Positions 9,248-19,527 are shown, counted from the stretch's first letter. The stretch is 64,000 nucleotides of DNA from an uncultured Gammaproteobacteria bacterium (GCA_964406775.1 CAYOSW010000005.1:1362-65361), one strand, 5' to 3'. The notes: generated from the letters alone by a model not told the origin. Program-made: numbers and translations.

Positions 9248-9888
9248 TAGATTTTAGCCTCCCCTTTATTGATCCAAACTTTAACTCCGACATATCCTGA
9301 TTTGGTTAAAGCAGGGTATACCGCAAAATCAATGTTTGAACGCAAAGTGTGCAAAGGAATCGATCCTAAAGCCTTCCATTCTCTTCTGGCAATTTCTGCT
9401 CCTCCGATACGTCCCGATAAAACAACTTTGACTCCTTTTGCTCCGGCCTGCATAACTCTCTCAACAGCCTGATTCATAACTCTGGCTGCCGGCATTCTTC
9501 TTACCAACTGCTCGGAGATATTCACCGCAACAAGATATGCCTGTAAATCGGGAGCTCTAACATCCATAGGTGCAATCTCCAGTTTATTTTCATCTTTGAT
9601 CTTGATCTGCTTCATTAAGAACTTTTTCAGATCCAAGAGTCCGCTTCCGCCTTTACCGATCAGAACTCCGGGGCGGGTAACGTGGATTATCACTTTAACT
9701 TTACCGACCGCGCGCTCTATTTCGATCTTAGAAATACCTGCGGGCCTTAATTTTTTCATTAAGATCTCGCGGATTTTTATGTCTTCGTGCAATAAAGCCG
9801 CATATTTTTTGCCCGGAGCAAACCACCTGGATTCCCAGGGTGCTAATATTCCAAGTCTAAAACCGATCGGATTTATCTTTTGTCCCAT
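9247..9888 (-). CDS. rpsC: 30S ribosomal protein S3
   Basis: [34 protein letters not shown]. Confidence 0.98.
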   Translation of the reverse strand: MGQKINPIGFRLGILAPWESRWFAPGKKYAALLHEDIKIREILMKKLRPAGISKIEIERAVGKVKVIIHVTRPGVLIGKGGSGLLDLKKFLMKQIKIKDENKLEIAPMDVRAPDLQAYLVAVNISEQLVRRMPAARVMNQAVERVMQAGAKGVKVVLSGRIGGAEIARREWKALGSIPLHTLRSNIDFAVYPALTKSGYVGVKVWINKGEAKI

Positions 9889-9889
9889 A

Positions 9890-10339
9890 TTATTTAGCTT
9901 CCTCTTTCTTTTCTTCTTTTCTATCTACAATTTCCGCAACTTTTATCGCCGCAGGCGGCAAGCTTTGCTTATCCTTAACTTCATTTCTCGATACCTTAAT
10001 TTTCTTCTCCAACTTAACTTCATCAGTCAAAACTATTTTGATATGACTTGTTCTCTTTTTATAAGGCCTGCCGCGTCCGCGTCCTGCAGTTCCGACTCTG
10101 TAACGGCGCATTTTCAAACCTTCGTTAATCTCAACCGACTTAAAACTTAAGCCTTCTTTTGATCCGGCGTTGGCAATAACGGTCTTAATCGCCTGAGCCA
10201 AAGGTCTGGCTGCCGCATTAGATGTAAACTGCAAAACATCCAAAGCCGCATACGGATCCATTTTTCTGACCATCGTCGCAACCAGCCGCAATTTGCGGGG
10301 CGAGTTCTGTATATTCTTTTGTATTGTTATAAATTCCAT
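9890..10339 (-). CDS. rplV: 50S ribosomal protein L22
   Basis: SPRKLRLVA, KRTSHIKIVL. Confidence 0.96.
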   Translation of the reverse strand: MEFITIQKNIQNSPRKLRLVATMVRKMDPYAALDVLQFTSNAAARPLAQAIKTVIANAGSKEGLSFKSVEINEGLKMRRYRVGTAGRGRGRPYKKRTSHIKIVLTDEVKLEKKIKVSRNEVKDKQSLPPAAIKVAEIVDRKEEKKEEAK

Positions 10340-10358
10340 ATTTTTTCCCCGCTATTCC

Positions 10359-10646
10359 TTAAGTTTTGGCTGAACTCTTCTCAGTCATTTTTCCGTGTGT
10401 TCTGAAGGTTCTGGTCGGTGCAAATTCTCCTAATTTGTGTCCTACCATAGCTTCGCTTACGTAAACCGTAATAAAGTTTTTACCCTGATGCACCAAAAAA
10501 GTGTGTCCGACGAATTCCGGCGGAATGTCGCATCTTCTTGCCCAGGTTTTGATCGGAGTCTTCGATCCGCCCGGAGCTTTTTGCGCCTGCACTTTTTTCA
10601 TCAATTTCTCGTCAATGTACGGTCCTTTATATGAACTTCTGCTCAT
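10359..10646 (-). CDS. rpsS: 30S ribosomal protein S19
   Basis: [19 protein letters not shown]. Confidence 0.98.
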   Translation of the reverse strand: MSRSSYKGPYIDEKLMKKVQAQKAPGGSKTPIKTWARRCDIPPEFVGHTFLVHQGKNFITVYVSEAMVGHKLGEFAPTRTFRTHGKMTEKSSAKT

Positions 10647-11462
10647 TTAAGCCTTTCTCCTTTTTAATATGTATTTGTCTGTCCATTTATTTTTCTTTCT
10701 GGTATTACCTACTGCCGGCCTGCCGTATTTAGTCATAGGCTTCTTCCTTCCGACTCCTGATTTAGCTTCTCCTCCTCCGTGAGGATGGCTTCTCGGATCC
10801 TGGGCTACTCCTCTGACTGTCGGCCTGATACCCATATGTCTTGAGCGTCCGGCTTTACCTAATTCAATATTTTTCCAGTCTTCATTACCCAATGCTCCGA
10901 CAGTCGCCATACAATTTGCATCAACCATTCTTATTTCGGTAGACGGCATTTTTATGTGCACGAATCTGCCTTCTTTTGCCTGAATAATCAGGGATGTTCC
11001 GGCGCTTCTTCCCAATATTCCGCCCTTACCTGCAGTCAGTTCAACGTTGTGAACAACTGTTCCGACAGGCAAGCTTGAGAGTTTTAAAGCATTACCCAAT
11101 TTAATCTCTACTTTACCGCTGGCTACATCGTCTCCTGCTTTAAGTCCTTTCGGAGCCAAAATATATCTTCTTTCTCCGTCTTCGTATTTCAGTAATGCTA
11201 TTTCAACATTACGGTTCGGATCATACTCTAAAGCTTCCACTTTTGCGGTCATATTCACTTTGTCCCTTTTAAAATCAATCATTCTGTAATATCTCTTATG
11301 TCTTCCGCCCTGATGTCTGACTGTAACTTTTCCCCCCGAACGTCCGGCTTTTTTAGGCAATAAGCTTTTTAAACCCTTCGGTGCACCGGGATTTGTCTTA
11401 GGTTTAAGCAATCTTGACGCAAATCTGCGTGTTCTGGTTTTTTCTTTATATGCAATTAACAT
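10647..11462 (-). CDS. rplB: 50S ribosomal protein L2
   Basis: EYDPNR, RPTVRG, HPHGGGE. Confidence 0.98.
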   Translation of the reverse strand: MLIAYKEKTRTRRFASRLLKPKTNPGAPKGLKSLLPKKAGRSGGKVTVRHQGGRHKRYYRMIDFKRDKVNMTAKVEALEYDPNRNVEIALLKYEDGERRYILAPKGLKAGDDVASGKVEIKLGNALKLSSLPVGTVVHNVELTAGKGGILGRSAGTSLIIQAKEGRFVHIKMPSTEIRMVDANCMATVGALGNEDWKNIELGKAGRSRHMGIRPTVRGVAQDPRSHPHGGGEAKSGVGRKKPMTKYGRPAVGNTRKKNKWTDKYILKRRKA

Positions 11463-11947
11463 TAGGCTTTTCCTTTCTTCTCCGGCTTATCGCTTACTTT
11501 TGTTGAACTGGTATGATCTTCCATTCTGGCTAACTTCCTTTTATCGTCTCCGACAGAAGCTGTTTTTTCGATTTTTACCTTTGTACCTTTAAGTAAGCTC
11601 TTCTTTTCTTTGATCTGTGTTACGGGCTCTCCCTCTGCTGTCGTGACCGTGACATCTTCTTCAGGCACAGCCTGTTCAAAGATAGCGATTTTATCACCTT
11701 TTCCGACTTTAACAATGGCTTTCTTTAAATCAGCCTGTTTAAAGTAACCTTTTCTGCTTCTCTGTTGTTTAACTTTTCCGGCTCTATTTAAGGTTTTAAC
11801 CGATAAAACTGTTACTTTAAATTTCTCGGCAACCACCTTGGCGATGAGGTCTTTGTCCGCGTCTTTGTGTACCTCAAAAGTATATAAACCGGTGCGGGTA
11901 AGTCCCATTGATTTCTCGCTGATTAAAGGTCTGATAATTACAGTCAT
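11462..11947 (-). CDS. rplW: 50S ribosomal protein L23 with C-terminal extension
   Basis: IIRPLISEKS, YTFEV, KKAIV. Confidence 0.95.
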   Translation of the reverse strand: MTVIIRPLISEKSMGLTRTGLYTFEVHKDADKDLIAKVVAEKFKVTVLSVKTLNRAGKVKQQRSRKGYFKQADLKKAIVKVGKGDKIAIFEQAVPEEDVTVTTAEGEPVTQIKEKKSLLKGTKVKIEKTASVGDDKRKLARMEDHTSSTKVSDKPEKKGKA

Positions 11948-12720
11948 TACTTTGCCTCCTTAGCCGGTGCTTTTTCTTCTTTTTTTGCAACTTTTTTCTC
12001 AAGAGCTTCAACAGCTTCTTTAGTTAAAAATAAACTCTGAGCTTTAATCACTTCAAAAGCATTCAGGTCTGCAACCGGTATCAGATTTACGTTCTCCAGA
12101 TTGCTTGTAGCTCTTTTTGCCAAGTCGGAAACTTTATCGGTAACGATAAGAGCTGATTTTGTCTCAATATTTTTTATAAATTTGGCGAATTCGGAAGTTT
12201 TACCTGTAACTTTATCGAGACCGGAAATTGCGGAAATGCCTTTATCAAGAAGTTTTTGTGAAAGGGCGGAGACGAGAGACGCTTTTTTCATTTTCTTGGG
12301 AAGGTCAAGGGTGGCTGTTCTGGACTTCGGACCGAGCGCTATACCTCCTCCGACGAAAATAGGAGCTCTGACACCACCGTGACGTGCACGTCCCGTTCCT
12401 TTTTGGCGGTAGATTTTTCTGGTTGAACCTTCGACTTCACCGCGGGTTTTAGTGTTTGAGAAATGACCTTTTTGATTGTTTAAATAAACTCTCAAAGCCT
12501 GAGAAAGGAGAGCTTTGTTCACTTCCGCTCCAAAAACGGATTTAGGAAGATCAAGACTTCCGGATTCTTTTCCTAAAAGAGAGTAAACAGTTACAGAAAA
12601 TCCGGAAGTTTTCGCGGAAGCTTTTACCGCCGGCTTAACTGCAATTTCTGCCTCAACTTTTTCAATTTTAGCTTTGGGTGCAGCTTTTTTAACAGTGGTT
12701 TCTTTTTTTGCGATAGCCAT
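11947..12720 (-). CDS. rplD: 50S ribosomal protein L4
   Basis: TKTRGEV, RQKGTGRARHG, GGG..GP. Confidence 0.98.
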   Translation of the reverse strand: MAIAKKETTVKKAAPKAKIEKVEAEIAVKPAVKASAKTSGFSVTVYSLLGKESGSLDLPKSVFGAEVNKALLSQALRVYLNNQKGHFSNTKTRGEVEGSTRKIYRQKGTGRARHGGVRAPIFVGGGIALGPKSRTATLDLPKKMKKASLVSALSQKLLDKGISAISGLDKVTGKTSEFAKFIKNIETKSALIVTDKVSDLAKRATSNLENVNLIPVADLNAFEVIKAQSLFLTKEAVEALEKKVAKKEEKAPAKEAK

Positions 12721-13550
12721 TATTTTGTCTCCTCTTCAGCTTTTACCTCTTCGGCCGGAGCTTCATTTACTTCTTCTTTTGGTGCTTCAGCTGCGGGCTC
12801 GGATGCGGCGGCTTCTTCAGGAACCTCTGTTGTGTCTCCTGCTGCCATTTGTTCTTTATCTGAAGGTACTTCTTCCTCGTCCTCTTTCTCTTCAGGAGGA
12901 GGTGTATAACCTTTGATAACGCCGGTTTTTGTAATTAATACGAGTCCTCCGTAAGGACCGGGGATTGAGCCTTTAATACTGACTACGTTATTTGTTCTGT
13001 CAACTGCGATCACTTCAAGTCCGCGGGTTGTTGCTGTTTCCGCACCCATATGACCTGCCATTCTTTTTCCCTTTAAAACACGTCCCGGAGTTGTACCCGT
13101 ACCGATTGATCCCGGTGCGCGGTGCCTGTCCGATTGTCCGTGTGTTTTAGGTCCTCCGTGGAATCCGTGGCGTCTCACGCCTCCCTGGAAACCGCGTCCT
13201 TTTTCGGTTCCGGTTACTTTAACTTCATCGCCTTTTCTGACAACCTGATTGGCTTTAATTTCTTTACCGTTTTCCAGTCCGCTTAAATCGCTCTCCTGGA
13301 CTCTTACTTCTTTTACGAATCTTAAGTTCTCGGCAACTCCGGCTTTTTTGAAGTGTCCCTGCTGAGGCTTCTTTACGCTTTTTTTGGTGGATGCTGCGAT
13401 CTGTACGGAGTTATAGCCTTCTTTATCGGTAGTTTTAATTTGAGTCACGAAATTGGGCTCAACTAAAACTTTAGTTATAGCCACTCTGCGGCCGCGGGTA
13501 TCATAACCCGAACTCATCTCTTTTTTTATACCAAGTATTGTTTGAATCAC
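12720..13550 (-). CDS. rplC: 50S ribosomal protein L3 (GTG start; acidic tail)
   Basis: KGRGFQG, HRAPGSIG, KGKRMAGHMG. Confidence 0.98.
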   Translation of the reverse strand: MIQTILGIKKEMSSGYDTRGRRVAITKVLVEPNFVTQIKTTDKEGYNSVQIAASTKKSVKKPQQGHFKKAGVAENLRFVKEVRVQESDLSGLENGKEIKANQVVRKGDEVKVTGTEKGRGFQGGVRRHGFHGGPKTHGQSDRHRAPGSIGTGTTPGRVLKGKRMAGHMGAETATTRGLEVIAVDRTNNVVSIKGSIPGPYGGLVLITKTGVIKGYTPPPEEKEDEEEVPSDKEQMAAGDTTEVPEEAAASEPAAEAPKEEVNEAPAEEVKAEEETK

Positions 13551-13578
13551 GTTTTTTTATTTCCTTTTTTTAAACAAG

Positions 13579-13611
13579 AAAAAAGTGAGTCCGGTTGCCC
13601 GGTACTCACTT
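13579..13611 (-). terminator. hairpin + U-tract within rplC leader (possible attenuator)
   Basis: GTGAGT-A-CCGG-GCAA-CCGG-ACTCAC-TTTTTT on minus strand. Confidence 0.7.
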
Positions 13612-13721
13612 CAGTAAATCGCCATATTACCAATCGCCGTATCTAACCTGTCTGCTCGACGCGCGACTAACTGAAAAGTATTTCTTTTTAAATCAACAAG
13701 CTTTAAGCATGTAGTCTTGGA

Positions 13722-13750
13722 ATTCTAGCAGACCCCGTGCGTAAATGCAA
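13722..13750 (-). promoter_or_regulatory. sigma70-type promoter for rplC operon
   Basis: TTGCAT-17-TAGAAT with TGn extension. Confidence 0.65.
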
Positions 13751-13764
13751 GCGACAGTGAAGCT

Positions 13765-13792
13765 GTCGTCCTGAACGGAGTGAAGGATCTCT
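13765..13792 (+). repeat. REP-like palindrome, left arm
   Basis: GTCGTCCTGAACGGAGTGAAGGATCTCT, inverted partner of 14108-14137. Confidence 0.8.
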
Positions 13793-13817
13793 AGCGTATG
13801 CGAGTTACAATAAGTTT

Positions 13818-14123
13818 ATGCCTCATTATGTATATATTCTGACCAACAAATCTTATACTTTATATGCCGGGTCATCGAAAAATCTGTTTCGCAGAGTTAA
13901 TGAACATACTCGAAAAAAATCTAAGTTTGGATTTACTGCAAAATATAATCTCAACAAATTAATTTACTTCAAAGAGGTTGAAACCTACCGTGAAGCTATA
14001 GAACTGGAGAGAAAAATTAAGGGATGGACAAGAAAAAAGAAAATAGAGCTGATAAAAAGTTTGAATCCGGAATTCAGGGATTTAGCGGATCAATCTGAAA
14101 CAAGTTCAGAGATCCTTCGCTAA
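13818..14123 (+). CDS. GIY-YIG nuclease family protein (YhbQ/UPF0213-like)
   Basis: YVYIL..LYAG, RRVNEH, FTAKY, ERKIKGWTRKKKIELI. Confidence 0.93.
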   Translation: MPHYVYILTNKSYTLYAGSSKNLFRRVNEHTRKKSKFGFTAKYNLNKLIYFKEVETYREAIELERKIKGWTRKKKIELIKSLNPEFRDLADQSETSSEILR

Positions 14124-14137
14124 GAGCTCAGGATGAC
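14108..14137 (-). repeat. REP-like palindrome, right arm
   Basis: reverse complement GTCATCCTGAGCTCTTAGCGAAGGATCTCT matches left arm. Confidence 0.8.
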
Positions 14138-14145
14138 GCTTCTCG

Positions 14146-14454
14146 TCACATCTTAACTTCGATATCAACGCCTGCAGGTAATTCCAAGTGCATTAAGGAA
14201 TCGATTGTCTTATCTGTCGGTTCAATAATCTCAACAATTCTTTTGTGAACTTTAATTTCGAAAGCTTCCTGGGAATTTTTATCGGTAAATGTGGATTTCG
14301 GGACTGTAATAACGGATCTTTTTGTGGGTAAAGGGATCGGGCCGGCAATTTTTGCACCTGTTCGCAAAGCAGTATCAAGCAACTGCTCGCAAGTGCTGTC
14401 TAAAACTCTATAATCAAATGATTTAAGTCTGACTCTAATTCTGCCTTTTGCCAT
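14146..14454 (-). CDS. rpsJ: 30S ribosomal protein S10
   Basis: IRVRLKSFD, GPIPLPT, LPAGVDIEVK. Confidence 0.98.
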   Translation of the reverse strand: MAKGRIRVRLKSFDYRVLDSTCEQLLDTALRTGAKIAGPIPLPTKRSVITVPKSTFTDKNSQEAFEIKVHKRIVEIIEPTDKTIDSLMHLELPAGVDIEVKM

Positions 14455-14493
14455 ATTTCCCTTTCAACGTGCCAATTATACACCCTATATACC

Positions 14494-14514
14494 AAAAAAG
14501 AGCCTTTTGGGCTC
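14494..14514 (-). terminator. probable intrinsic terminator after tuf
   Basis: GAGCCC-AAAA-GGCTC-TTTTTT. Confidence 0.55.
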
Positions 14515-14538
14515 ATTTTGTATGAGATTTCATCTCAT

Positions 14539-15717
14539 TTAGGAGATAATTTTAGTAATAACTCCTGCTCCAACGGTTTTACCACCTTCGCGGATAGCAA
14601 ACCTTAAGCCTTCTTCCATAGCAACCGGAGTAATAAGTTTTACGTTAATTTTAGTTGTATCTCCGGGCATAGCCATTTCAACACCTTCAGGAAGTATAAC
14701 TTCTCCGGTCACGTCAGTTGTTCTGACATAAAACTGAGGTCTGTATCCTTTAAAGAAAGGTGTGTGTCTTCCGCCTTCGTCTTTACCCAAGATATAGATT
14801 TCAGCTTCAAATTCTGCGTGAGGTTTAATGGATCCCGGTTTTGCGAGAACTTGTCCGCGCTCTACATCGTCTTTTTCAATTCCGCGGAGCAATACTCCGG
14901 CGTTGTCTCCGGCTTCTCCCTGATCAAGTAATTTGTGGAACATTTCGATACCTGTTACAACTGATTTAGTTGTAGGTCTGATTCCGACAATTTCGATTTC
15001 CTCGTTGATCTTAACAACTCCTCTTTCGATTCTTCCTGTTACAACGGTTCCGCGTCCTTTAATTGAGAAAACGTCTTCAACAGCCATAAGGAAAGGCTTG
15101 TCTTTTTCGCGTACAGGGGTCGGAATCCATTCGTCTACCGCATTCATTAAGTCTTCTATTTCTTTTACTGCTTCTGCATCGCCTTCAAGAGCTTTTTTAG
15201 CAGATCCGCGGATAATAGGTGAATTTGAATCAAATTCATATTTCTTAAGTAAGTCGCGAACTTCTTCTTCAACAAGCTCAAGAAGTTCAGGATCGTCAAC
15301 CATATCGCATTTGTTAAGGAAAACAACAATAGCCGGAACTCCAACTTGTTTTGCAAGCAGTAAGTGCTCTCTTGTCTGAGGCATAGGTCCGTCCGGAGCG
15401 GAAACAACGAGGATTGCACCGTCAGTCTGAGCTGCACCGGTAATCATATTCTTGATGTAGTCTGCGTGACCAGGCATATCGATGTGTGCGTAGTGTCTTT
15501 TTTCTGTTTGATATTCCTGGTGAGAAATGTTGATTGTGATTCCGCGGGCTCTTTCTTCAGGAGCTGAATCGATTTGGTCGTATGCTCTGAATTCTGCCAT
15601 TCCTTTGTCTGCGAGGACTTTGGTAATAGCTGCGGTTAAGGTTGTCTTCCCGTGGTCAACGTGACCCATTGTTCCGACGTTTACGTGTGGTTTTGATCTG
15701 TCAAATGTTCCTGCCAT
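14539..15717 (-). CDS. tuf: elongation factor Tu
   Basis: [29 protein letters not shown]. Confidence 0.99.
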   Translation of the reverse strand: MAGTFDRSKPHVNVGTMGHVDHGKTTLTAAITKVLADKGMAEFRAYDQIDSAPEERARGITINISHQEYQTEKRHYAHIDMPGHADYIKNMITGAAQTDGAILVVSAPDGPMPQTREHLLLAKQVGVPAIVVFLNKCDMVDDPELLELVEEEVRDLLKKYEFDSNSPIIRGSAKKALEGDAEAVKEIEDLMNAVDEWIPTPVREKDKPFLMAVEDVFSIKGRGTVVTGRIERGVVKINEEIEIVGIRPTTKSVVTGIEMFHKLLDQGEAGDNAGVLLRGIEKDDVERGQVLAKPGSIKPHAEFEAEIYILGKDEGGRHTPFFKGYRPQFYVRTTDVTGEVILPEGVEMAMPGDTTKINVKLITPVAMEEGLRFAIREGGKTVGAGVITKIIS

Positions 15718-15839
15718 TTTAGTTTATTTATTTTACTTTAACTAATTTAATTTTTCAATGCCTAGCCCAATAAGTCGAATTCTTCGACTTGCGCCTATCG
15801 GCATAAAAAACCAGCCGTAAAGTCAAGCTGGATTTGAGA

Positions 15840-15868
15840 ATCATACACAATGTGTTTAAAAAATGCAA
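15840..15868 (-). promoter_or_regulatory. sigma70-type promoter for tuf
   Basis: TTGCAT-17-TATGAT. Confidence 0.6.
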
Positions 15869-15966
15869 GGGGTGTATTTTGAGGCTAATTAGCCTCAAAA
15901 ACAACGGTCGGGTTAGTGTCAAAGTTTCGTCCAGCAAGCCGGTCAGGGTTCATCTATAGTTTCCGT

Positions 15967-16542
15967 ATGTCAGCCCAACCGGAAGCAGCAGTCGGCTATA
16001 GCCGTTTATTTCAATACTCCGCTACGGCAGAAGAGAGAGGTATAGTTGCAGACCAACCTGCACCGGAAATAAATCCGTCAGCACTTTCGGAGCTTTTAAG
16101 AGATGCTCTCCCCATCGGCCGGCCCGGTGAACTGGAACTCAGACACCCTTTCAGAGTTATTATTACGGCCTTATCGGTGACGGGAGACGATTACGCTGCC
16201 TACTTACCCGATGTTGAATCCGCACTCGATAAAACAGATACCGGACAGGTTACCGAAATTGGCGTCAGCGTTACTTTAGCCGGATCCGATATTCAGCCTG
16301 ACCGCGAAGCAGGACCTTTTATTAATCCGCTTCGTCTTTATGACGGAAAAACCGGATCCCTGGGTTTAAGCACAGTTACAGCTAACTTCCTCCTGGCTGC
16401 CGGAATAAGAAGACAGGCCGGAAGGATAAGAACGGGGTTTTCCCAGCCTCACGATACCCGGGATATGTACGGCTTTGCAAAACAAAGGACCGACCGGATG
16501 ATTGCCGGGCAGATTGAACCGGTTATCAGACTTAATACTTGA
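15967..16542 (+). CDS. hypothetical protein (ORF extends to 15916; ATG 15967 follows TATAGT)
   Basis: long ORF filling the fusA-tuf gap; no family recognised. Confidence 0.65.
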   Translation: MSAQPEAAVGYSRLFQYSATAEERGIVADQPAPEINPSALSELLRDALPIGRPGELELRHPFRVIITALSVTGDDYAAYLPDVESALDKTDTGQVTEIGVSVTLAGSDIQPDREAGPFINPLRLYDGKTGSLGLSTVTANFLLAAGIRRQAGRIRTGFSQPHDTRDMYGFAKQRTDRMIAGQIEPVIRLNT

Positions 16543-16574
16543 TAATCTTCTTATATATTTATATGGTTAAGTAA

Positions 16575-16952
16575 GTGAAGCATCAGTCAGGAATTGCCCA
16601 GGTTTATTTTCTTTTGATTATTCTTGCCGGAATTGCGATTTCTGTTTTCCTTGTTCAATATACTCAGGTTTTTAAACCCAAAGCTTATTCAGACGATGAG
16701 CTTGCCGCTTATTGCCAGGAAATTACCCAAAACAATACACCTAAAGGAGCCGGTCTTATCAGAATACCTGCCACGGCTCTGGACGGAAGATTTCAGGTCA
16801 TTGATGACTCGGTGGTTGACACCCAAAGCGGAGCGGCATTCTTTTACCTTGATTCATCAGACGGAACTCTGCGGGTACGGCGGAATCTTGATAATACCAA
16901 CGATAACGAAGAGAATAACCAGTTTATTGAAGTTTATATAGATAACCCTTAG
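16575..16952 (+). CDS. hypothetical membrane-anchored protein with pilin-like N-terminus
   Basis: MKHQSG|IAQ.. followed by hydrophobic helix. Confidence 0.7.
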   Translation: MKHQSGIAQVYFLLIILAGIAISVFLVQYTQVFKPKAYSDDELAAYCQEITQNNTPKGAGLIRIPATALDGRFQVIDDSVVDTQSGAAFFYLDSSDGTLRVRRNLDNTNDNEENNQFIEVYIDNP

Positions 16953-16957
16953 AAGAT

Positions 16958-19099
16958 TTAACTTTCAACTCTTCCGGTAAATCCGGAATCAGCAATAACT
17001 TTTTGAGTGATATTTGAAGGAACGGGCTCGTAATGTGATGGTTCAATATATGCTGTTGCTCTTCCCTGGGACATTGAACGGATAGCGGTAATATAGCCAG
17101 AAAGTTCAGCCAAAGGAACGAAGGCGTTGATAACAGTTGCATTTCCCCTCTTTTCGGTTCCCTGGATCTGGGCTCTTTTTGAGGATAAGTCTCCGATTAA
17201 ATCTCCCATAAATTCATCAGGAGTTGAAACCTCAACCTTCATTATCGGCTCAAGGAGAATCAAACCTGCTTTTTTGGCAGCTTCGGAAAGTCCTAAGGAA
17301 CCGGCAATCTTAAAGGCCATTTCCGAAGAATCAACATCGTGGAATGATCCGTCGTAAACCGTAACTTTAATATCCACAACCGGGAATCCTGCAAGCAGTC
17401 CGGTATCTTCTTTTTCTTCAACACCCTTACCGATAGGCGCAATGAATTCTTTCGGAATAGCTCCTCCGACGATTTCGGAAACGAATTCACGTCCGGTTCC
17501 TCTCGGGAGAGGCTCAATTCTGAGTAAACAGTGACCGTACTGACCGCGTCCTCCGGTTTGGCGCACATACTTACCTTCTCCTGTTGCCGGAAGAGTTATT
17601 GTTTCTTTATAGGCAACCTGAGGATCTCCGACGTTGGCTTCAACTTTAAATTCCCTCTTCATACGGTCAACGATAATTTCCAAATGAAGCTCACCCATTC
17701 CGGAAATTATTGTCTGTCCGGTTTCAGGGTTGGCTTTAACTCTGAAAGTCGGATCTTCTTCTGCCAGTCTTTGCAGAGCGAGTCCTAATTTTTCCTGATC
17801 GGATTTGGTTTTAGGCTCTATTGCAAGTGAGATAACGGGTTCTGCAAAGTTGATCGATTCCAAAACTAACGGATTTCCTTCATCAACAATTGAATCTCCG
17901 GTAATTGTATCTTTAAGACCCACAACCGCAACGATTTCTCCAGCATATGCTTCATCAATTTCTTCACGGTCGTTGGCGTGCATTAAAAGCACCCGGCCAA
18001 TACGTTCTTTGATTTGTTTTGTAGAATTGTAAATAGTTGATCCGGCTTTTAATGTTCCGGAATAAACTCTGACATAAGTTAAACGGCCGACGTGAGGATC
18101 AATCTGAATTTTAAAAGCGAGAGCCCCGAGAGGTGCATCTTTTGTGTTTGACTGAGTTACTTCTTCTCCTGTTTGGGAATTTTTACCCTTAACGTTCGGG
18201 ATATCAAGAGGTGAAGGTAAAAATTCCATAACCGCATCGAGCATTGGTTGCACACCTTTATTGCGCAGTGATGAGCCTGCCATAACCGGAACGATCTTTT
18301 TAGCGATAACTGCAGCTCTTAACGCTTTTTTAAGCTCATCGATTGAGATCTCTTCACCGTTTAAGTATTTCTCGAGCAGAACCTCGTCAGTTGAGGCAAT
18401 CTCCTCAACTAATTTCTCGCGGTGTTTTTTAACTTCATCAACCATATCGGCCGGAATGGGCTGTTCCTCAAATTTAGCGCCGGTCTGATCACCGAGCCAA
18501 ATCCAAGCCTTTTCGGTTAAAAGATCAACTATCCCTTTGAAATCGTTTTCAACACCAATAGGTAAGTTATAAGGAAGAGCATTCGCACCCAGGCGGTCAC
18601 GGGCGGATTGGATAGTTCCCAAAAAGTCAGCGCCTAAAACATCCATTTTATTGGAGAAGGCAATCAAAGGTACACCGTATTTATCTGCCTGTCTCCAGAC
18701 AGTTTCGGTTTGGGACTGAACACCTGAAGCCGAATCAAGAACTATGACTCCCCCGTCAAGCACACGAAGCGAACGCTCAACCTCAACTGTAAAGTCAACG
18801 TGACCGGGAGTATCGATTAAGTTAATCCGGAATTCTTCATCTTTGAAAGGACCGGATTTGGGAGTCCAGAAAGTGGTAACAGCTGCGGATACGATAGTAA
18901 TACCGCGCTCGCGCTCCTGTTCCATCCAATCGGTGGTGGTTGTACCTTCATCAATATCACCGATCTTATAAGTACGTCCGGTATAAAAAAGAATACGTTC
19001 GGTGGTAGTAGTTTTTCCCGCATCAATGTGGGCAATGATCCCGATATTTCTGATACGGTCTAACGGAAAATCGCGTTTTGTTTTCGTTGTAACTGCCAT
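16958..19099 (-). CDS. fusA: elongation factor G
   Basis: [35 protein letters not shown]. Confidence 0.99.
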   Translation of the reverse strand: MAVTTKTKRDFPLDRIRNIGIIAHIDAGKTTTTERILFYTGRTYKIGDIDEGTTTTDWMEQERERGITIVSAAVTTFWTPKSGPFKDEEFRINLIDTPGHVDFTVEVERSLRVLDGGVIVLDSASGVQSQTETVWRQADKYGVPLIAFSNKMDVLGADFLGTIQSARDRLGANALPYNLPIGVENDFKGIVDLLTEKAWIWLGDQTGAKFEEQPIPADMVDEVKKHREKLVEEIASTDEVLLEKYLNGEEISIDELKKALRAAVIAKKIVPVMAGSSLRNKGVQPMLDAVMEFLPSPLDIPNVKGKNSQTGEEVTQSNTKDAPLGALAFKIQIDPHVGRLTYVRVYSGTLKAGSTIYNSTKQIKERIGRVLLMHANDREEIDEAYAGEIVAVVGLKDTITGDSIVDEGNPLVLESINFAEPVISLAIEPKTKSDQEKLGLALQRLAEEDPTFRVKANPETGQTIISGMGELHLEIIVDRMKREFKVEANVGDPQVAYKETITLPATGEGKYVRQTGGRGQYGHCLLRIEPLPRGTGREFVSEIVGGAIPKEFIAPIGKGVEEKEDTGLLAGFPVVDIKVTVYDGSFHDVDSSEMAFKIAGSLGLSEAAKKAGLILLEPIMKVEVSTPDEFMGDLIGDLSSKRAQIQGTEKRGNATVINAFVPLAELSGYITAIRSMSQGRATAYIEPSHYEPVPSNITQKVIADSGFTGRVES

Positions 19100-19107
19100 A
19101 GCGAGAT

Positions 19108-19136
19108 ATTCTACCTTGAAGCGGAGATAAAAACAA
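19108..19136 (-). promoter_or_regulatory. promoter directly upstream of fusA (leaderless-type)
   Basis: TTGTTT-17-TAGAAT-N8-ATG. Confidence 0.65.
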
Positions 19137-19138
19137 GG

Positions 19139-19390
19139 CTAAGATTGATGAGCTGTAGAATTCTCCGGATTACCCTCAAGATCTTTGAGTATTTTCTTGG
19201 TTTCGCCGATACGGGCGGATAGAACTTCCCCCTGTTCCGTCAGCATCTGATAGGCTGCATTCTCGCTATTATCGCCCATATCCGTAGCGTCGCCTCTTTG
19301 TTCCATAATTGAGGCATACTCCTTCTCAAGAGTTGCGAGCTTCTCGCTCCACATTTTTACTTTTTCTTGCTTTATCTTATTGTTTGCCAT
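19139..19390 (-). CDS. GreA/GreB N-terminal coiled-coil domain-only protein
   Basis: GDNSENAAY resembles the GreA tip GDLSENAEY; no C-terminal domain. Confidence 0.75.
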   Translation of the reverse strand: MANNKIKQEKVKMWSEKLATLEKEYASIMEQRGDATDMGDNSENAAYQMLTEQGEVLSARIGETKKILKDLEGNPENSTAHQS

Positions 19391-19440
19391 AAAACACAAA
19401 GCCCCCTTGAGATTAATTCTTGGGGGTATTTGATGGTTAC

Positions 19441-19469
19441 ATACTAAAAAAGATTTCCGGAAATGTCAA
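19441..19469 (-). promoter_or_regulatory. promoter for Gre-like gene
   Basis: TTGACA-17-TAGTAT. Confidence 0.7.
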
Positions 19470-19527
19470 ACCTTAAGAGAACGATTGAATCCCTCTATAT
19501 CTGCTGTGCGTGTGGTAAAATTGCCGA

